Assembly (NCBI GenBank): GCA_028023455.1
Contig: JAQFVV010000005.1
Coordinates: forward strand, 6,386,001-6,450,000
DNA length: 64,000 nt
From: Epiperipatus broadwayi
Taxonomy: Eukaryota; Animalia; Onychophora
Direction: 5' to 3'
The notes beneath the pieces were generated by a model, which was not told the origin of the DNA, ran no database searches, and saw nothing but the letters and a program-made list of their open reading frames with translations. The translations under genes and the position numbers were made by a program. Every line of letters starts with the position of its first letter. Within the stretch, counting starts at the first letter, position 1. Below, one piece after another: positions 50,331 through 63,688 of the stretch.

Positions 50331-53300
50331 TGGAATTGGAGAAGAGCCAATGTAATCTGTAATATTAATTCTTTTTTTCCTTGTTATTTCTTATATTTAA
50401 TATCTTATGTTACAGATTATATGCGATTGTTGGTATATTTTATAGAGTTTTGAATGTCATTTGGTTTAGAAGAGTTTGTCATGCAAAAGCTTATAAACAG
50501 TTTTAAAAAAATTTCAGAGATAAAAATCTGTTGAACACTTCTTTAAAAGGGAGAACAAAAATTGGAATTTTTTTAAAATTTTGATCACATAATTGGGAGA
50601 AATGTTTCTTGTCAATTCTGTTTAAAAATTGAGTGAATTAGTTCTACAAGATTTCATAAAAGGTGAATGTCACTCAGTTTTGATTTAATCTGTTAGAAAT
50701 TTGCTGTGAAAAATGTAGAAGCAATAATTTATATATAAATAGTTTGAAATAATAAAATTATTTTGATACCCTGATTATTCATACCTGCTTGTAGCCTGAT
50801 CTATTGTTTGAACAGGTATCATATGCCAGCAGAATTCTATATATCACTTCATGTATTTGTAAGTTTATAAGAATAGATGTTACTATTTATCTTATTTATA
50901 AAGACTGATAATCAAAGGCATAATAATTTGGTATGGAAGCAGAGATTTTTTGTGATTAAACAGATTGACTGTGATTTATATCACAGATCATTTTAACCAA
51001 TAAGGGTGATAAAAGATAATTTAAGTAACTGACTAATTACCTTTAATCCATAGATTTTTTGGATAAGCATCTTCATGAAAAATGAGTTCTGTTTCACATT
51101 TTTATCAGGAGAATGTCATCTATAAATATTTTATTATTATTATTGTTTTAGAGTGAATGAAATAGAAGAACAAATGATTACAAACCCACCCAAATAAATA
51201 TTTAAAATTATGTGAAATATTTCATTAAAAAAAAATATTTTATTGGGGTTTATGTGGTAAGAATAATCAACAAATCGATTTGAAAGGATATGGAAAAAAA
51301 TCTAATCCAATTTTTATGATTATATGATTTCAAAAGAGTGATTTTTTTAAAAAGAAAATTGTATAAGAAAAAAGAGTGTGCATTTTATGTCAAATTAATT
51401 TTAAAAATTACTGTGAAATATGTGACAAGAGTATTGATGATTTTAAATTATAAAATAGTTTTCATGTATGTTTAGAGAGGTTCATGTTTAGAGTTAAATA
51501 GAAAATCTATGATTCTGGAGATTGGATGTTTGATTGTTGAAGTATGTTTAGCTGTATATTTAGTTTTGATGACGGATGGAGATTTTTGACATTGGCTTGA
51601 GAATAGAATGAATTCATGCAATTCCATGAGGTGTTCTATCTTGGCTATTTGCTCCAACCAATTTTTTTTATTTCATATTGTTAATCACAAAGCAGTTAAC
51701 GTAGTTTGTCATGATTTCAGCCTCTAAGTCTTCAAAGAAAAGGAGCATGACATAGCTTATATTTCTAGCCCATGAGACTCAAAAGTAACAGGCTATAATT
51801 TTGTATTTTCCAGCCCCTCCATGGGAGCAGGACTTTGCAAGGATTTTTGCAGTACCTTTATTATGTGTTGTAGTAGCTTATAGTGTCTCAATTGAGGTAG
51901 TCCTTTTGGTGTTCATGATGCATTGTGTACTTATAGCTGGATGGGTGAATTTTTTATCTATCTCAAAATTGCAGGTCACTATTCATTCTGTTTACTGTCA
52001 GGTCTCTAAAAAAATTGATGAGTACATAGTTTTAAGTATAAACTTTGCTTTGATTATACATGTAAAATATTGTTAGGTGTTTCATTTCTATTTTCCTTTT
52101 TCCCTAGAAGGGGAGTTTTATAACAGGTCTGTTATTTGGCACATAATATAGTGTGTGTGTGCGCAAATATGTATAAAGTTGAAAGGAAAAGTAGAAATTA
52201 ACGCAAACAAAAATATTTGTAGATATTTTCTACCATCCTGGAATAATAATCAGGGATTAAATAATTTTGAATGCAAAATAAAATTTCATTATAAATAAAT
52301 ATTTAAAAAAGTCTAAATAATATTTTTATTGAATTCTGATTTTGAAATTCAAAAGCAAACATGTTTCTGATAATAGTAAAAATTTCTATTATTTATTTTT
52401 AAAGTCTTTTAATTAATATTCTAAGTAAAAACATGTGGATCACACCTTTGGTAAAATTTCTAAGTTGCTTCCAAAAGTAGCTTGTAATTAAAAGTGATTT
52501 GAAAACATTAAAATTGATTTTAATCAAGAGAAGGATTAGACAGAAACAACTTTCTTTCAATTAAGGTGTTTTTATCACCTCAGATGACTTATAAAAAAAA
52601 AGCTGATAAAAATATCAATTCAGTCTGGTTTAAATATTTGAAAAGTTTGCCGCAGTTAGTTTTAGCTGGCCAGAGAGATGGCTGGCATAATTATACAGAG
52701 AACTGCCATGAGGATGTAAGGATGCACTGCTCTACAGTTCAATGATGGAGTTCACATGGATGAAAATAACCCACATCTTTGTAATGAAATTCATAGCCTT
52801 AAAAGCTTTCTGGAAAACAGTTTGCTGGCCTGAAATATATCAAATCTGAGACCAAGTAGAACAAGTTGAATGTGAACAATTTACCTAACTGTTGTGCCTA
52901 TCCTGGAGGGACCAAGCTTGCTAACAGAAACTCAGCTTGCTGGCCTGAAGTCTACCAGTTTGCCCAGTTCCATCAACTTGATGAAGAAGTAGTTATATGT
53001 ATGCTGATGTATTTATATGCATAGAAGCATAAATAAACATATACTTCTGAGGATGAGTAAAGTTACACCTAATGATGATGAAATTTTAAATAATTTCTTT
53101 CTTAAAAAAATGACATTCTAAAAAATGAGATATATAATGTAGAACAGTACTATCTTAAATCATTTAAACTCTATATTTCTTAAAAACGTCACGCAAATAA
53201 ATAACTCTGCTTGGATTTAAAAAATCTAAGAATCAGAATTAACAGTTAAAAGAGAAGCAACCTGTGATCATGATATATATATATATGATTTTAAAATAAC

Positions 53301-54577
53301 CATTTGTTGAAGTAATATTATAGATGTTTATTTAAAAGGGAAAACTTATTATGAACCATCAAAGAATTAAATAACATGATTCACACTTTTTTTTACATAT
53401 TTTTAATATTGAATTGATTATGGAAAGTATATTTAAAATAGGTTTTATTACTGCAGTAAATTAAAATATATGTAAATGCCAGTGCGCGCATACACATGCA
53501 TTCAAATAGATGTAAAATTTTTATTAAATTTTGTTTGTATATGACAATTCAAATATGTTGAGAAGTTATAATGCCACATGAATGTGTCTATATATATCAG
53601 TAAGTGTTAGATAGACACATGTAAATTTTATTCATTTATTATTAAATGTCAATTCAAACATGTTCAGCCACATGTCTGTGTGCTGATTGTGTTTTAAGTA
53701 AACCTAATGGAACATATGTGTCAATCAATATAATAACTTGAATTTTGTATTAATCATGGAAATCCCAATGTGATTTTTTTTAATTGTATATTATTCAAAA
53801 TTAAAAGGCTTCTAATTGTAGAGTCATATTCTAAAGACTTTAACTTCATTTTTTGTTATTGTTGTTAAGAAACTTATACTCAATTGTTAAAAATTATATT
53901 GCAGCATTTTTTGGTCACCATAACAGTACTTGAGCTTGTGTTCTTCTGAGCTAGACTTGAGTATAATGGCTGAATATATGAATGAGATATTATTAGTGCA
54001 AGGGGCATTCTAGTATGACATTGTCCTGGTATGGACTAAGATTATATTCTTTAGAACCCACACACTACATATTATTTTAGTCTTTATTAGAATTTAATTT
54101 TATAGTTGGCCGTACATTAATGGTACTGAGTGGACAGAGCATTGATGATGATCAACATCTTTTAATATCCAGCATTATTGTTTTTTGATTATTATATATT
54201 ATGATGGATGAGCACTTAGTTGATGGATCCAAATTAATGCTTAAATAATTTCCCAAGCTGGCAAGGGCTAAATAGTTAGACTGGTCTACAGTAGACCCAT
54301 TTCAAATCCAGTCACTGGATTGACTATTGATTTATATTTTGTATTGTTCAAATCCAGTCACCAGGTTGACTGTTGATTTTATTCTGATCTAGTTTGATTG
54401 ATGGATCATTCATAATGATGGATGACTTACTTTTTATAATGCTGGATGATAGTTGATTATACCATTAGTTGTTCTAGGGAGTTAACTAACTGATCTCTTC
54501 TGATTTATTTGGCTGATCTCTTAAGAATTCTCAAAAAATTTCCCATGCTTATAATATATAACATTTCTTATATATAT

Positions 54578-56410
54578 TGTACCAAGATCGTATTGGTACA
54601 TATATCTAATTTTGTCTAAAAAATATTAAAATAAAATACAGTTCGTTAAAAGAAAATAGTATGTAAAAGTTTAAAGAGTTTGTTTTCGAAACATAAAATT
54701 AAAAGTCAAAGAGTTTTTTTTTTTATTGTTAGTAGTTGAAATAAAAGTTACAATTAATTAATTGGAAGGGGGGAGGGGGTTTGTTTTAGAAACGTCAAGT
54801 TAAAAGTTTATAAAAGAAGTTAAAGAGTTTTTTTTTTTTTGCTAAAAACAATTAATTCATAGTTACGGGGAAAATTAAAAGAAGTTGATTTTCAAATAAG
54901 TAAAAAATATTTCTTTTGAGTTAAAGAAAGAAAAAGTAATCTTAAAACTAATATTGAGTTTATTAGAATAAAATATACATGTGCATAAATGACGAATTAA
55001 TGTGAGCTTGTTAGTAAAATATGTATTTGCGATTGTAAACATAGCATAAATACGTGCATGTTAAAATGAAATAAATGAAAGTTACAAAATTAAAAACACT
55101 CAGCGATGGCTACTAATTAAAAATGTAAAAACAAAACATGCGATGGCTGCTAATTAAAGCATCTCCAACAACAGGATTAAAAGCTTATCAGAGGAATGAA
55201 ATTAAAAACAAGGAAGGAATTTTGACAACAGATATTGCTGATGGACATCAAAATGACAACAGGTCTTATCAATAAATAGTCCAGTTTTTCATCGGACAAT
55301 CAGTTCAGTTGAGATTACAGTTGAGAAAGAGTGCAGTTCAGTTTAGGGAAATCACATCAGATTAAATCAGTCAATCGATTAGTTGACAATGCAGCGTTAG
55401 AAACTTCGGAAACATATGACTTTGCTCTAGCCTGAGTCCGATAAAACAGCTAAACCTGCCCATGACAATAATGCCTGCCTAACAACTTGCAAATCTGCTT
55501 TCAATATCTAAATGTCTTAAATAAAAATACTTTGGAATACTAAGCATTAAACCTCGTCAAGAAAACCTCATATCCAGCTGGCTGGAAATATTCTCACTTG
55601 AAGCAGCCACCAGGAAGAAAACAAAATCCTATTAAAATAAAGTTCACAGCAAACAGCAAGAAGAAGCCCACATTCTAAAATTCTAGGTAATAACATTTTT
55701 CTTAATCTCATTTCTAAAGTTGCCACCGCATTAGTTTGAAGCCTTCCTGAGTCCAGTAATAATGAACCCTACTCTTTGTTAGATTATATTGATTTCATTG
55801 TATTTTAAATGTCAAATATTATTAAATGCTTTGTTATATGATATTCTAGTGTGTGAATTAAGAATGGGCGTGATCATTAGATAAAAATACCAATGTTATA
55901 TTAGTTAAGAATTTATAAAAGTATTTAAAATTAGTATAATAAATGTTAATTAAAATAAATTGTCTTTTAAACTTAAAGCTTAATTTTGTCGGTCAATTCT
56001 TTTTACCATTAATTGAAATAATTTGTTATTGAATTAAAAATAGACTGAGCTAGTTAAGGGATTTTTCAAGCGCTGGATTATGGGCCAACTGTTCAAACAC
56101 GTTAGTTCTAGAAACTAGCTGGTGCCCGGGGTTTACTCCAAAACAAATAAAGTGCTTGGATAGTAGAGGTTTGAATCTAGCAGTCGAGGTAGGCCACAGA
56201 CTGGAAATGTGACCGTGTTATGTGTTGCATAGCTTGGTCTGACTGTGGGTATTGTTGATGGCCTTGCCATCAATAGTATTCTCCACTCTGCTCGGACGGG
56301 CCGGTTCATTCACGTAATATTTATAACATAAGATTATAAATTTACAATAAATAAGATTTAAACCCAGCGAGTAGAGCATGTTGGATCGTCTACGGTTCGA
56401 ACCCGGTACA
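54578..56410. mobile_element. Candidate long solo LTR or other young insertion
   Basis: Termini TGTACCaaGaTCG / CGAaCccGGTACA with ATAT on both flanks, and a CpG-retaining interior. The TSD is low-complexity, and an alternative right end exists at 56567 (GTTACA, also followed by ATAT). Confidence 0.35.
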
Positions 56411-56899
56411 ATATATTGATAATAAACATATTTTAATTTTATATATTAAATATGATCCTTTATACTTCCTTGCTTTAACATTATTTAAAATTTAACTCTG
56501 GGACGAATTTCTATCACCCCAGGTTCACCAAAACTTGGCCACCACTGCAGGAACCCATACCGTTACAATATATACACATAATTTAAGAAAAGGAAATAGA
56601 TATATATTGGATATGACAATTTATATATCATGCTATCTACCAATAAATGACTAATCCAAAGGCATGGTATCTACAAAAAGCAAAAACTTTGACAAAGTAA
56701 ATTCATAATTTCTTTGTTGGTTCTTTATCTTTCTTAATTTCATTTTTCTGACCTTTTGTACCTTTGACCTGGAACCTATTGGATTCAAGATTTAAATCTC
56801 TTATAATTTCATAATCAATGGTTGGTTAACTTTCTTTAATATCTTATCATTGACTTTTGGAATATAATATCTTGACATTTGGTTCAGAATATTTTACAG

Positions 56900-57830
56900 G
56901 ATATTATTGAAAAAAAAAAAAAACATTATTGATTTAAATTGTTGTTTAGAAAACTCTATTATTATAAATATCTATTGATTTAAAATGCTGTTGTTTAGAC
57001 CAAGATGCATATTAAAATGTGCTTATCCAGCGTACTGAAAATTTTTATATAATCATAAGTTCTTTTAATACACTATACACTGTTCTTTTTATATGATTGA
57101 GTAGCAATAATCTATGCTTGTCTTATGACCATATAAATTTGTTTAAATAGATTAGATGTAGTACATTTATTCATATTTTACTAATTCCTTCCTTATAATG
57201 ATTTATATCCTTAGATAGCAGAGATCCATCTTTCCTCCCATTCCATGAGCATTTCTAAATAACTGAATAATCATTGAAAATTAAATGCAAGTATAAACAT
57301 TTTTTTTTTCAGCCTGTCAGAAAAAAGATAAGGTAATAAGAGGCATTTAATAATGATACAAACTTACTTTGTACTGAGTTAAATTTAGAATAAGAAACAT
57401 GCTTTTAAATAATATTTGGCATATAATAGTTTTATATGAAATTGAAAATGAATAGATTTGTGAGAGGAGAAAGGGTAAGAAGATTTTGAAATATAGATTT
57501 GAAAAATAAAACACGTGTTAGAAGTACAGGATACAAAATGTTAAAAGAATTAATAAAGAGTTGATTTTCTGAATACATTATGAAGTGAAGAATTATCTAT
57601 GTGTTATCAAGGTATAAAAATAAAACTTGTCATTTGGATCAAAGGATGTTATTGAAAAAACATTATTGATCCAAATACAGTATTTATTATTTAGAAAATG
57701 TTATTATTACACGTATCTGTTATTTTAAAATGTTACTGTTAAGAGCAAGTGTGCCATCTAAAGTGTATTTATCTAATTTAATCAAAATTTCTATATAGAC
57801 AAGTTTTTTATATACTGTAGATTCTTTTTT
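56900..57830 (+). repeat. Pair of diverged ~190-bp direct repeats (~56900-57090 and ~57648-57830)
   Basis: Both share TTATTGAAAAAA..CATTATTGAT...TTTAGAAAA..TATTATTA...TTTAAAATG...CAAG...TTCTTTT in collinear order. Confidence 0.5.
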
Positions 57831-59299
57831 TTTCTACACTTGATTAGTACTAATCTGTGATCATCTGATAACTAATATATATATATATAGTGAATTAATT
57901 AAAATAGATGCAATACTTCCATTTATATTTATTATTTTATTAATTCTCTTATAATTATTTATATTATTAGATAGCAGATATGCTTCTTTACCAGCTAACA
58001 TGTCATTTCTAGATAAAGTCAGTAATCAATGAAAAGTAAAAACAGACCATTTTTCCTTTTAAACAAAATTAAAGATGATAAAAGAAATACACGGTATTGC
58101 TTTGTTTTGGGGGCATAAAGATAATTGAAATTGCAAACAAATTATGCTATCATAAGAAACTAGAGAAATACAAAGAAACAAGTAACAGAAAAATTACAAA
58201 AAATATTTTAGTTTAAAACTGATCTTACAAGATTATATTTTCGAAGCAGACGATTAAGAAAAACACAGAAAAATGGACTATTATTTAGTACTTTAAGAAT
58301 TGACAATTCAAACAGTTATTGGTTGAAGGATATGTTCCTGAAGACAAAATATGACTGCAGGTGCTAACAAATGATAAAATAACATTCAAGGAAGCAACAC
58401 ATATGGGAATAATTATTAACTGTCACAGATTAGTCTAATGAATTTCAGATCTTAAGAATAAGGAGGAAAGAACATACTATCCCACAATAATCAAAAGAAA
58501 TAACAATGACAAGAAAAAATTTAGGAAAAAAATTGCTTCTACTGCTGTATGTAAAAAAAAAAAGGGGGGGGGTGAATGATAAGATTATCTAGAAAAGTCT
58601 GCTAAAGCCAGAAATCCATGGGATACATGAAAAACATGATAAAAAATACCTATTAATTAAAGCTAAACACATTGATCATTTTCTTATAAAAACAGAGTTA
58701 AAACTTGGATGGAAATAGAAGGCTGGAATGCCATCATGAAAGTGGATTAAAACTTGTGGCAATGGAAATAAAAATGGAAACTAAAATGCTAGGGAAAGTA
58801 ATGATTGAAAAATAAATTTTTACAATAAATAATTAATAATCATATAAATGTTATTAATAATGGTTTAAATTACTAGGCATTAAATTAAAACTTATTAATT
58901 GAATCAAGTTTAAAGATGAAAATAAAGTTACAACATCCAAATCTATTTATGGCAGGCTAAGAAAGTATTAAAACTAAACCAGTATAACTAATGATGGCTA
59001 AAAAAAAAAATTAATTGCAAGTCAAGAAGTTACCATTTGCTCATAGAAATAAGTTTTATTAGAATTGATAGAAAGTGAGTAGGAACATATATTGTGATTC
59101 TGAAATTCAGTGGTTAACTACATATATGTGGAAACTACTGTGTGACAATATCATAAAAGTTAAATTTTTACTTCAGAATTGCTCGTTTTTTGTAAAATTA
59201 GAATTAAGAGCAGCTTTTCACAAAGTGTTTTAAGTCAAAGGTCAGCCAAAAAATGATAATTCTACAATCTTTTTAAAATAGAATGAGTGTTCTAAGAAT

Positions 59300-60870
59300 A
59301 TTTGGGTGTACTATCTCACCTCTAATACATTACAATCGAAGATTGAGGAAGTGTTATAAGTAGTGGGTTGGAGGGATTCCTTATTTGGATAACATTCTAA
59401 TAACAGCTATATCATAAAAAATATTAAATCAGAGGACAAAGGAAATGTGTAATTAATTAAAGAATCTAGAATGCATGTGAAAAGGAAACCTTGTAAAAGA
59501 GGAAATAACCACCTGAAAAAATTGAAGCCATGATGAATGGAGTTCAAACTCACTAAAAAATTTGCATGTTTTTTAAAGCTTTCCTCAAAGGAAAAGCTCA
59601 TATTGCTACACTATCATAAGATCAGGGGAGGGGAGCAAATTAGGGAAAAATCTTGAGAGGAAGCTTTTCAGTAAACATAGTCAGTTTTAGCATTCAATAG
59701 TCCAATACAAATGAATCTTCATATGAGTTCTTTGCACTAATCACCTACTAGATTAAAAGATTGTGAAAGATCAATAGCTTATGGATCTTGCACTCCATTC
59801 AAAACTGAAAAAAATTATAATCAGCTGAATAAGGAGACCTTGACTATAGTATATAAGATCAGAATAATAAGGCTGGAAATTTAATTTAGATATAGATCAC
59901 AAACCAATATTGGGAATATTTTTTAAGGATGAATTCATCCCAGACCTAATATTGTATTGGCAAAACACCTACTTATGGAAAGTTAATCTACAAGAAGGGA
60001 AAACAAATACTTAAGCTAACATATCTAGGTTCCCAGAGTCATGTCCAAAAACTACTGCAATAAACTTTGTATATATAATGATAAACAAGTGACTGAATAG
60101 CAAATCAGTTGCAGAATGGCTTCAGACAGATATGGTTTATAAAATCTAAAAAGTGGACAAGTGATATATGGCCATATAGTAGTTACTTAATTATCTGTCA
60201 GTTGCTTTTTGAAAAACAAAGAAAAACATACTTTCATTAAAAGGTTATATACTGGAAGATTATAAAGTAATGAAACCATATGAGGAAAAAGTTCTGCAAT
60301 TTATCCTTGAAAAATCCAATGATTAAATTAAAATCTTATTTTTGTAAATATGTCTGGAAATCGAAGATAATCAAAGAAAAAGTTTAAAATATGAAATCTT
60401 TCAGAGAAAGGCTAGATATTCACAAGGAATACCATGCTTGACCAAAAACTTAGATCCAGGCAACAGTTTATGCAGGATATTACAAAAGACAATTGCTCCT
60501 AGTAATGACCACATTGGCAACTGGTAAAAAAATGCTAGCCATGAAGAATCTCTAAAGAGTCAACGAAATCATGTATCATTGCTATTGGAAGTGTTGATTT
60601 CAGTCAATGGACTAGTATTTACATCAATGAGTTTTGAGGACAAACTAAAGAAATGGGATACCATACTTGTGACATTCTATCATTCTGAATCAAATGGCAG
60701 GAAAAGCTGTCCAGAAAGTGAAATCTACTATGGAAAAAAAAGTTTAATGATGCACATGTCATGTATTTAGTTTTATTCCACTGACTTGCAACACCTTTAA
60801 CATCAACTGGAAAAGAATCATCAGAATTGCTGATGGGAAGAAAACTAAAAAACTGAACTTTGATCATCTA
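59300..60870 (+). mobile_element. Decayed Gypsy-type pol remnant (RNase H and integrase); may extend left to ~58 kb
   Basis: ~59830-59920 gives KETLTIV and DHKPILGI (RNase H). ORF 60579-60770 has LISVNGLVFTSMSFEDKLKKW...FYHSESNG, resembling ISDNGxxFTS...YHPxSNG. Confidence 0.7.
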
Positions 60871-63597
60871 TGTGCTATAGGATTATGAATATTATTCTCA
60901 TTACTAATAACAATCGCAAGCAATAAGAATTAATAATTATTAAAACATTTACAATGGGAAAACATGATGATTCTGCCATAATTTCATTTGAATATGAAAT
61001 CAATCAGAAAGTAGATTACCCTATCTGTTTTTGTGATTTTATGAACATGAAAGCAAGAAGAAAAAAAAGTTTCATTTTAAACAGTCAATTTACGTTTTAA
61101 TAATGAAAATGTGAATTAACATACTATAACAGGACGATCCTTTTCAGGACTCAAGGAAGTCGCATCTAGCTATAGTCAGACTTTGAGTCTACTTATAGAA
61201 TGCCATGGATGATGTGATTTAAAATATAATCCAATCCACTCCTCTATTAATAACCTCGTTACTCTCGGAATTCGAGCTCAGAGTAGAAATTTGCAATCGA
61301 CTCTCTTCAGGCATTTCCACAAATATCCCATAGTAATGATAAATTTAGTATAAGCTATATATAACTTTCTTATAAATTTTAAATTACTAAGTTGATTCAA
61401 TATATATATATATGCGTGAGTATGTATATTTATAATTAATGGTTTTATAAAACGACTAAATAAAATAAACAAAGGAGACCTGTTTAATTTTAAAATCAAG
61501 TTTAACACATTTTAATCCGTAATTGAAACAAAAAATATCACATCAATAATAAAAATATTAAAATTTAGAATCATAATCTGTGCTTATATTTAAATATAAT
61601 AATAAACTATTTAACATTCAGAAAAAACACAATGTAATCATTTACATATATATAATTTAAAATCATGTGTATAATAAATAATACACGATACATTATAAAT
61701 CTACCTATTGTGTCATTAAAATGATTCAGTGTGTGTTGTATGTCTATATACGATAACATCCATTCACACTAGATTAATAATAGAATGTATCCTGATATTA
61801 GTTATGTATGTTTAAAAAGAAATTATGTTAATTGTCAGGTAAGATTCAATTTGGAATATCATAAAACTTACTTCCAAATTGAAATAATTTAAAAAACTTT
61901 TACCTTTGTCAGCTGTCATTTTCATCAGAGTATATATCAACATCTAAATTTTATTAAATAAATAAAAAAAAATAAAATGTTCATCTTATCAGTTCTCCAC
62001 TTTAATATACAAAGTAATTTTTCTAAGTAAATATAATTATCCACAAAGGAAATAAAGTTTAAGGGTTATTAAAATACACAATGAAGTAATCCAAGACAAG
62101 AAAGAATAACGATTTTATATCCCTCCTCAGATGAAATAAAATGACGATGAATGTTGAAACATAAAGTTCATTGATCATCCTTCGAAGAGGTAATCCAGAT
62201 ATTCATTCTTTAAATATTTGCGTAGTAAAATATTTAACATCTTCTTGAATATAATACTCCAATATTAAGGGCAGCTTTTTAAATGAGAATTACGACGATT
62301 ATATTTTAGGCATTGATTAAGTAGGAATAAATTTACATATTCAGGTTTAAAACATCAGCAGAAATCCCTGACATAAATTATCTAGCCAAAGAACTTCTTT
62401 ATAAATTTTTGTCTTCTTAAATTTATATTTTGTAAACTCATTTCGAAGACGTTGATAACTTTTATAACCTTGTTAATTACACTGATTATTTTTTTATGGT
62501 TCTTTATAATATTAAAGGCAGTAAATTAATTACTTGAAGCAGGTTTTAAAATATTGAATCTTCTTTTTTTTTCTTAAATGTGTTCTAAATTCGAACACAT
62601 TTAAATTTACAGACGTAGTTCTTGCCTTGATAACTAAATAGAAGATTATTGTTATAACAATATTAGTTCGTTTTTATACTGGATTAATTTCTGCAAGCAT
62701 ATCACATAATCATGCTCACACTCTCTATTGTTTAACATATACAATTTGTAATGAACCCCAAACGTTTATTTCCTTTGTTTCAACTGATAAAAATGCAATG
62801 TTGACTTAAGGCTTTGTCAAATGTCAAGTTTTATATTAACAAAAAAAAAATAGTATTAGTTAGAAACATTTTATTTATGTGTGTGTATAAATAAACTAGA
62901 ATTATTCATTTTTAGAATTATTCTTTTAATACTAACTAGTCTATATATATAGCTGATACATGAAAAGCTTAAGATAGGTGTAAGTTATTTATATCTGTTG
63001 ATTTGATATAGGCACAGTTAAATTCACAAAGAAACACAAATTGTTTTAGGTGAGGCTCATATGGTACTCTCACAGTACATTCAGTTACGACATGATAAGC
63101 ATTACTTATATTCTTTTTTTTTTTCAAGTCTACTTCTGCTGACATGAATGAGATTATCTAAAATTTGCTTTGATAATAATGGGTCTGAATTGGACCGAAA
63201 TTTACTCCATATTGGTTAATCATTCATTCTGGATTTCTTTTAGTTAGACAGTTTGTTTTTAATAAGAATCTATGATTTATGTTTCGTTTTTGAACAAAAT
63301 AGCAGATCCTATCTGGAAATGAGAGGAATTTTTAAGTTTACTTCATTGCAGTAGGAATTTTTTATATTTTGTTTATCAAGACAAATGCTATATTTTTTAT
63401 TTATTTAAAAGTTGGAAAAATAATTTCAAATATAATTTTCTTTATTTCAATGATATTATTTTAATGATATTAAGAAATAAAGTATATATTTAACTTATCT
63501 TATTACTGGTGTTGTTATTCTTTTTTATGAAATCAAAATCTCACATGGAGAAAGTGAAGGGAAAGATAAAAATAAGTCCTGAAGATTTAGACTTTTT

Positions 63598-63688
63598 TTT
63601 CCATGTGTCATAGCATCGGCCGGGAAGTGAACCCGTTACAACTGCTTGTAAGGCAGCTGTGCTGACCACTCGACCACCAACGCTTGAC
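63598..63688 (-). mobile_element. tRNA-Gly-derived SINE, copy 3 (best preserved)
   Basis: 63612-63683 reverse complement is GCGTTGGTGGTCGAGTGGTCAGCACAGCTGCCTTACAAGCAGTTGTAACGGGTTCACTTCCCGGCCGATGCT. It has a GTCAA leader, a trailer, poly(A) and TSD AGACTTTTT (63589-63597, 63689-63697). Confidence 0.82.

Noticed and set aside
53045-53090. CTGAGGATGAG...GATGAAA as a hammerhead
   Set aside because: There is no pairing stem II or III.
56070-56310. Assignment as 7SL, RNase P or RNase MRP RNA
   Set aside because: Only isolated short similarities (TGAACCGGCCC, GGTCTGA) occur, in the wrong position or order, and the conserved regions are missing.
231-61508. The remaining short (60-105 aa) ORFs in the track, e.g. 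231-416, 14281-14478, 37177-37464, 45498-45716, 51801-52076, 61278-61508
   Set aside because: They have low-complexity AT-rich composition or are antisense shadows of TE/ZNF frames, with no recognisable domains.
63612-63683. Functional tRNA-Val(TAC)
   Set aside because: The body is tRNA-Gly(TCC)-like with a mutated anticodon and a broken T-loop, and it has poly(A), a TSD and two sister copies.
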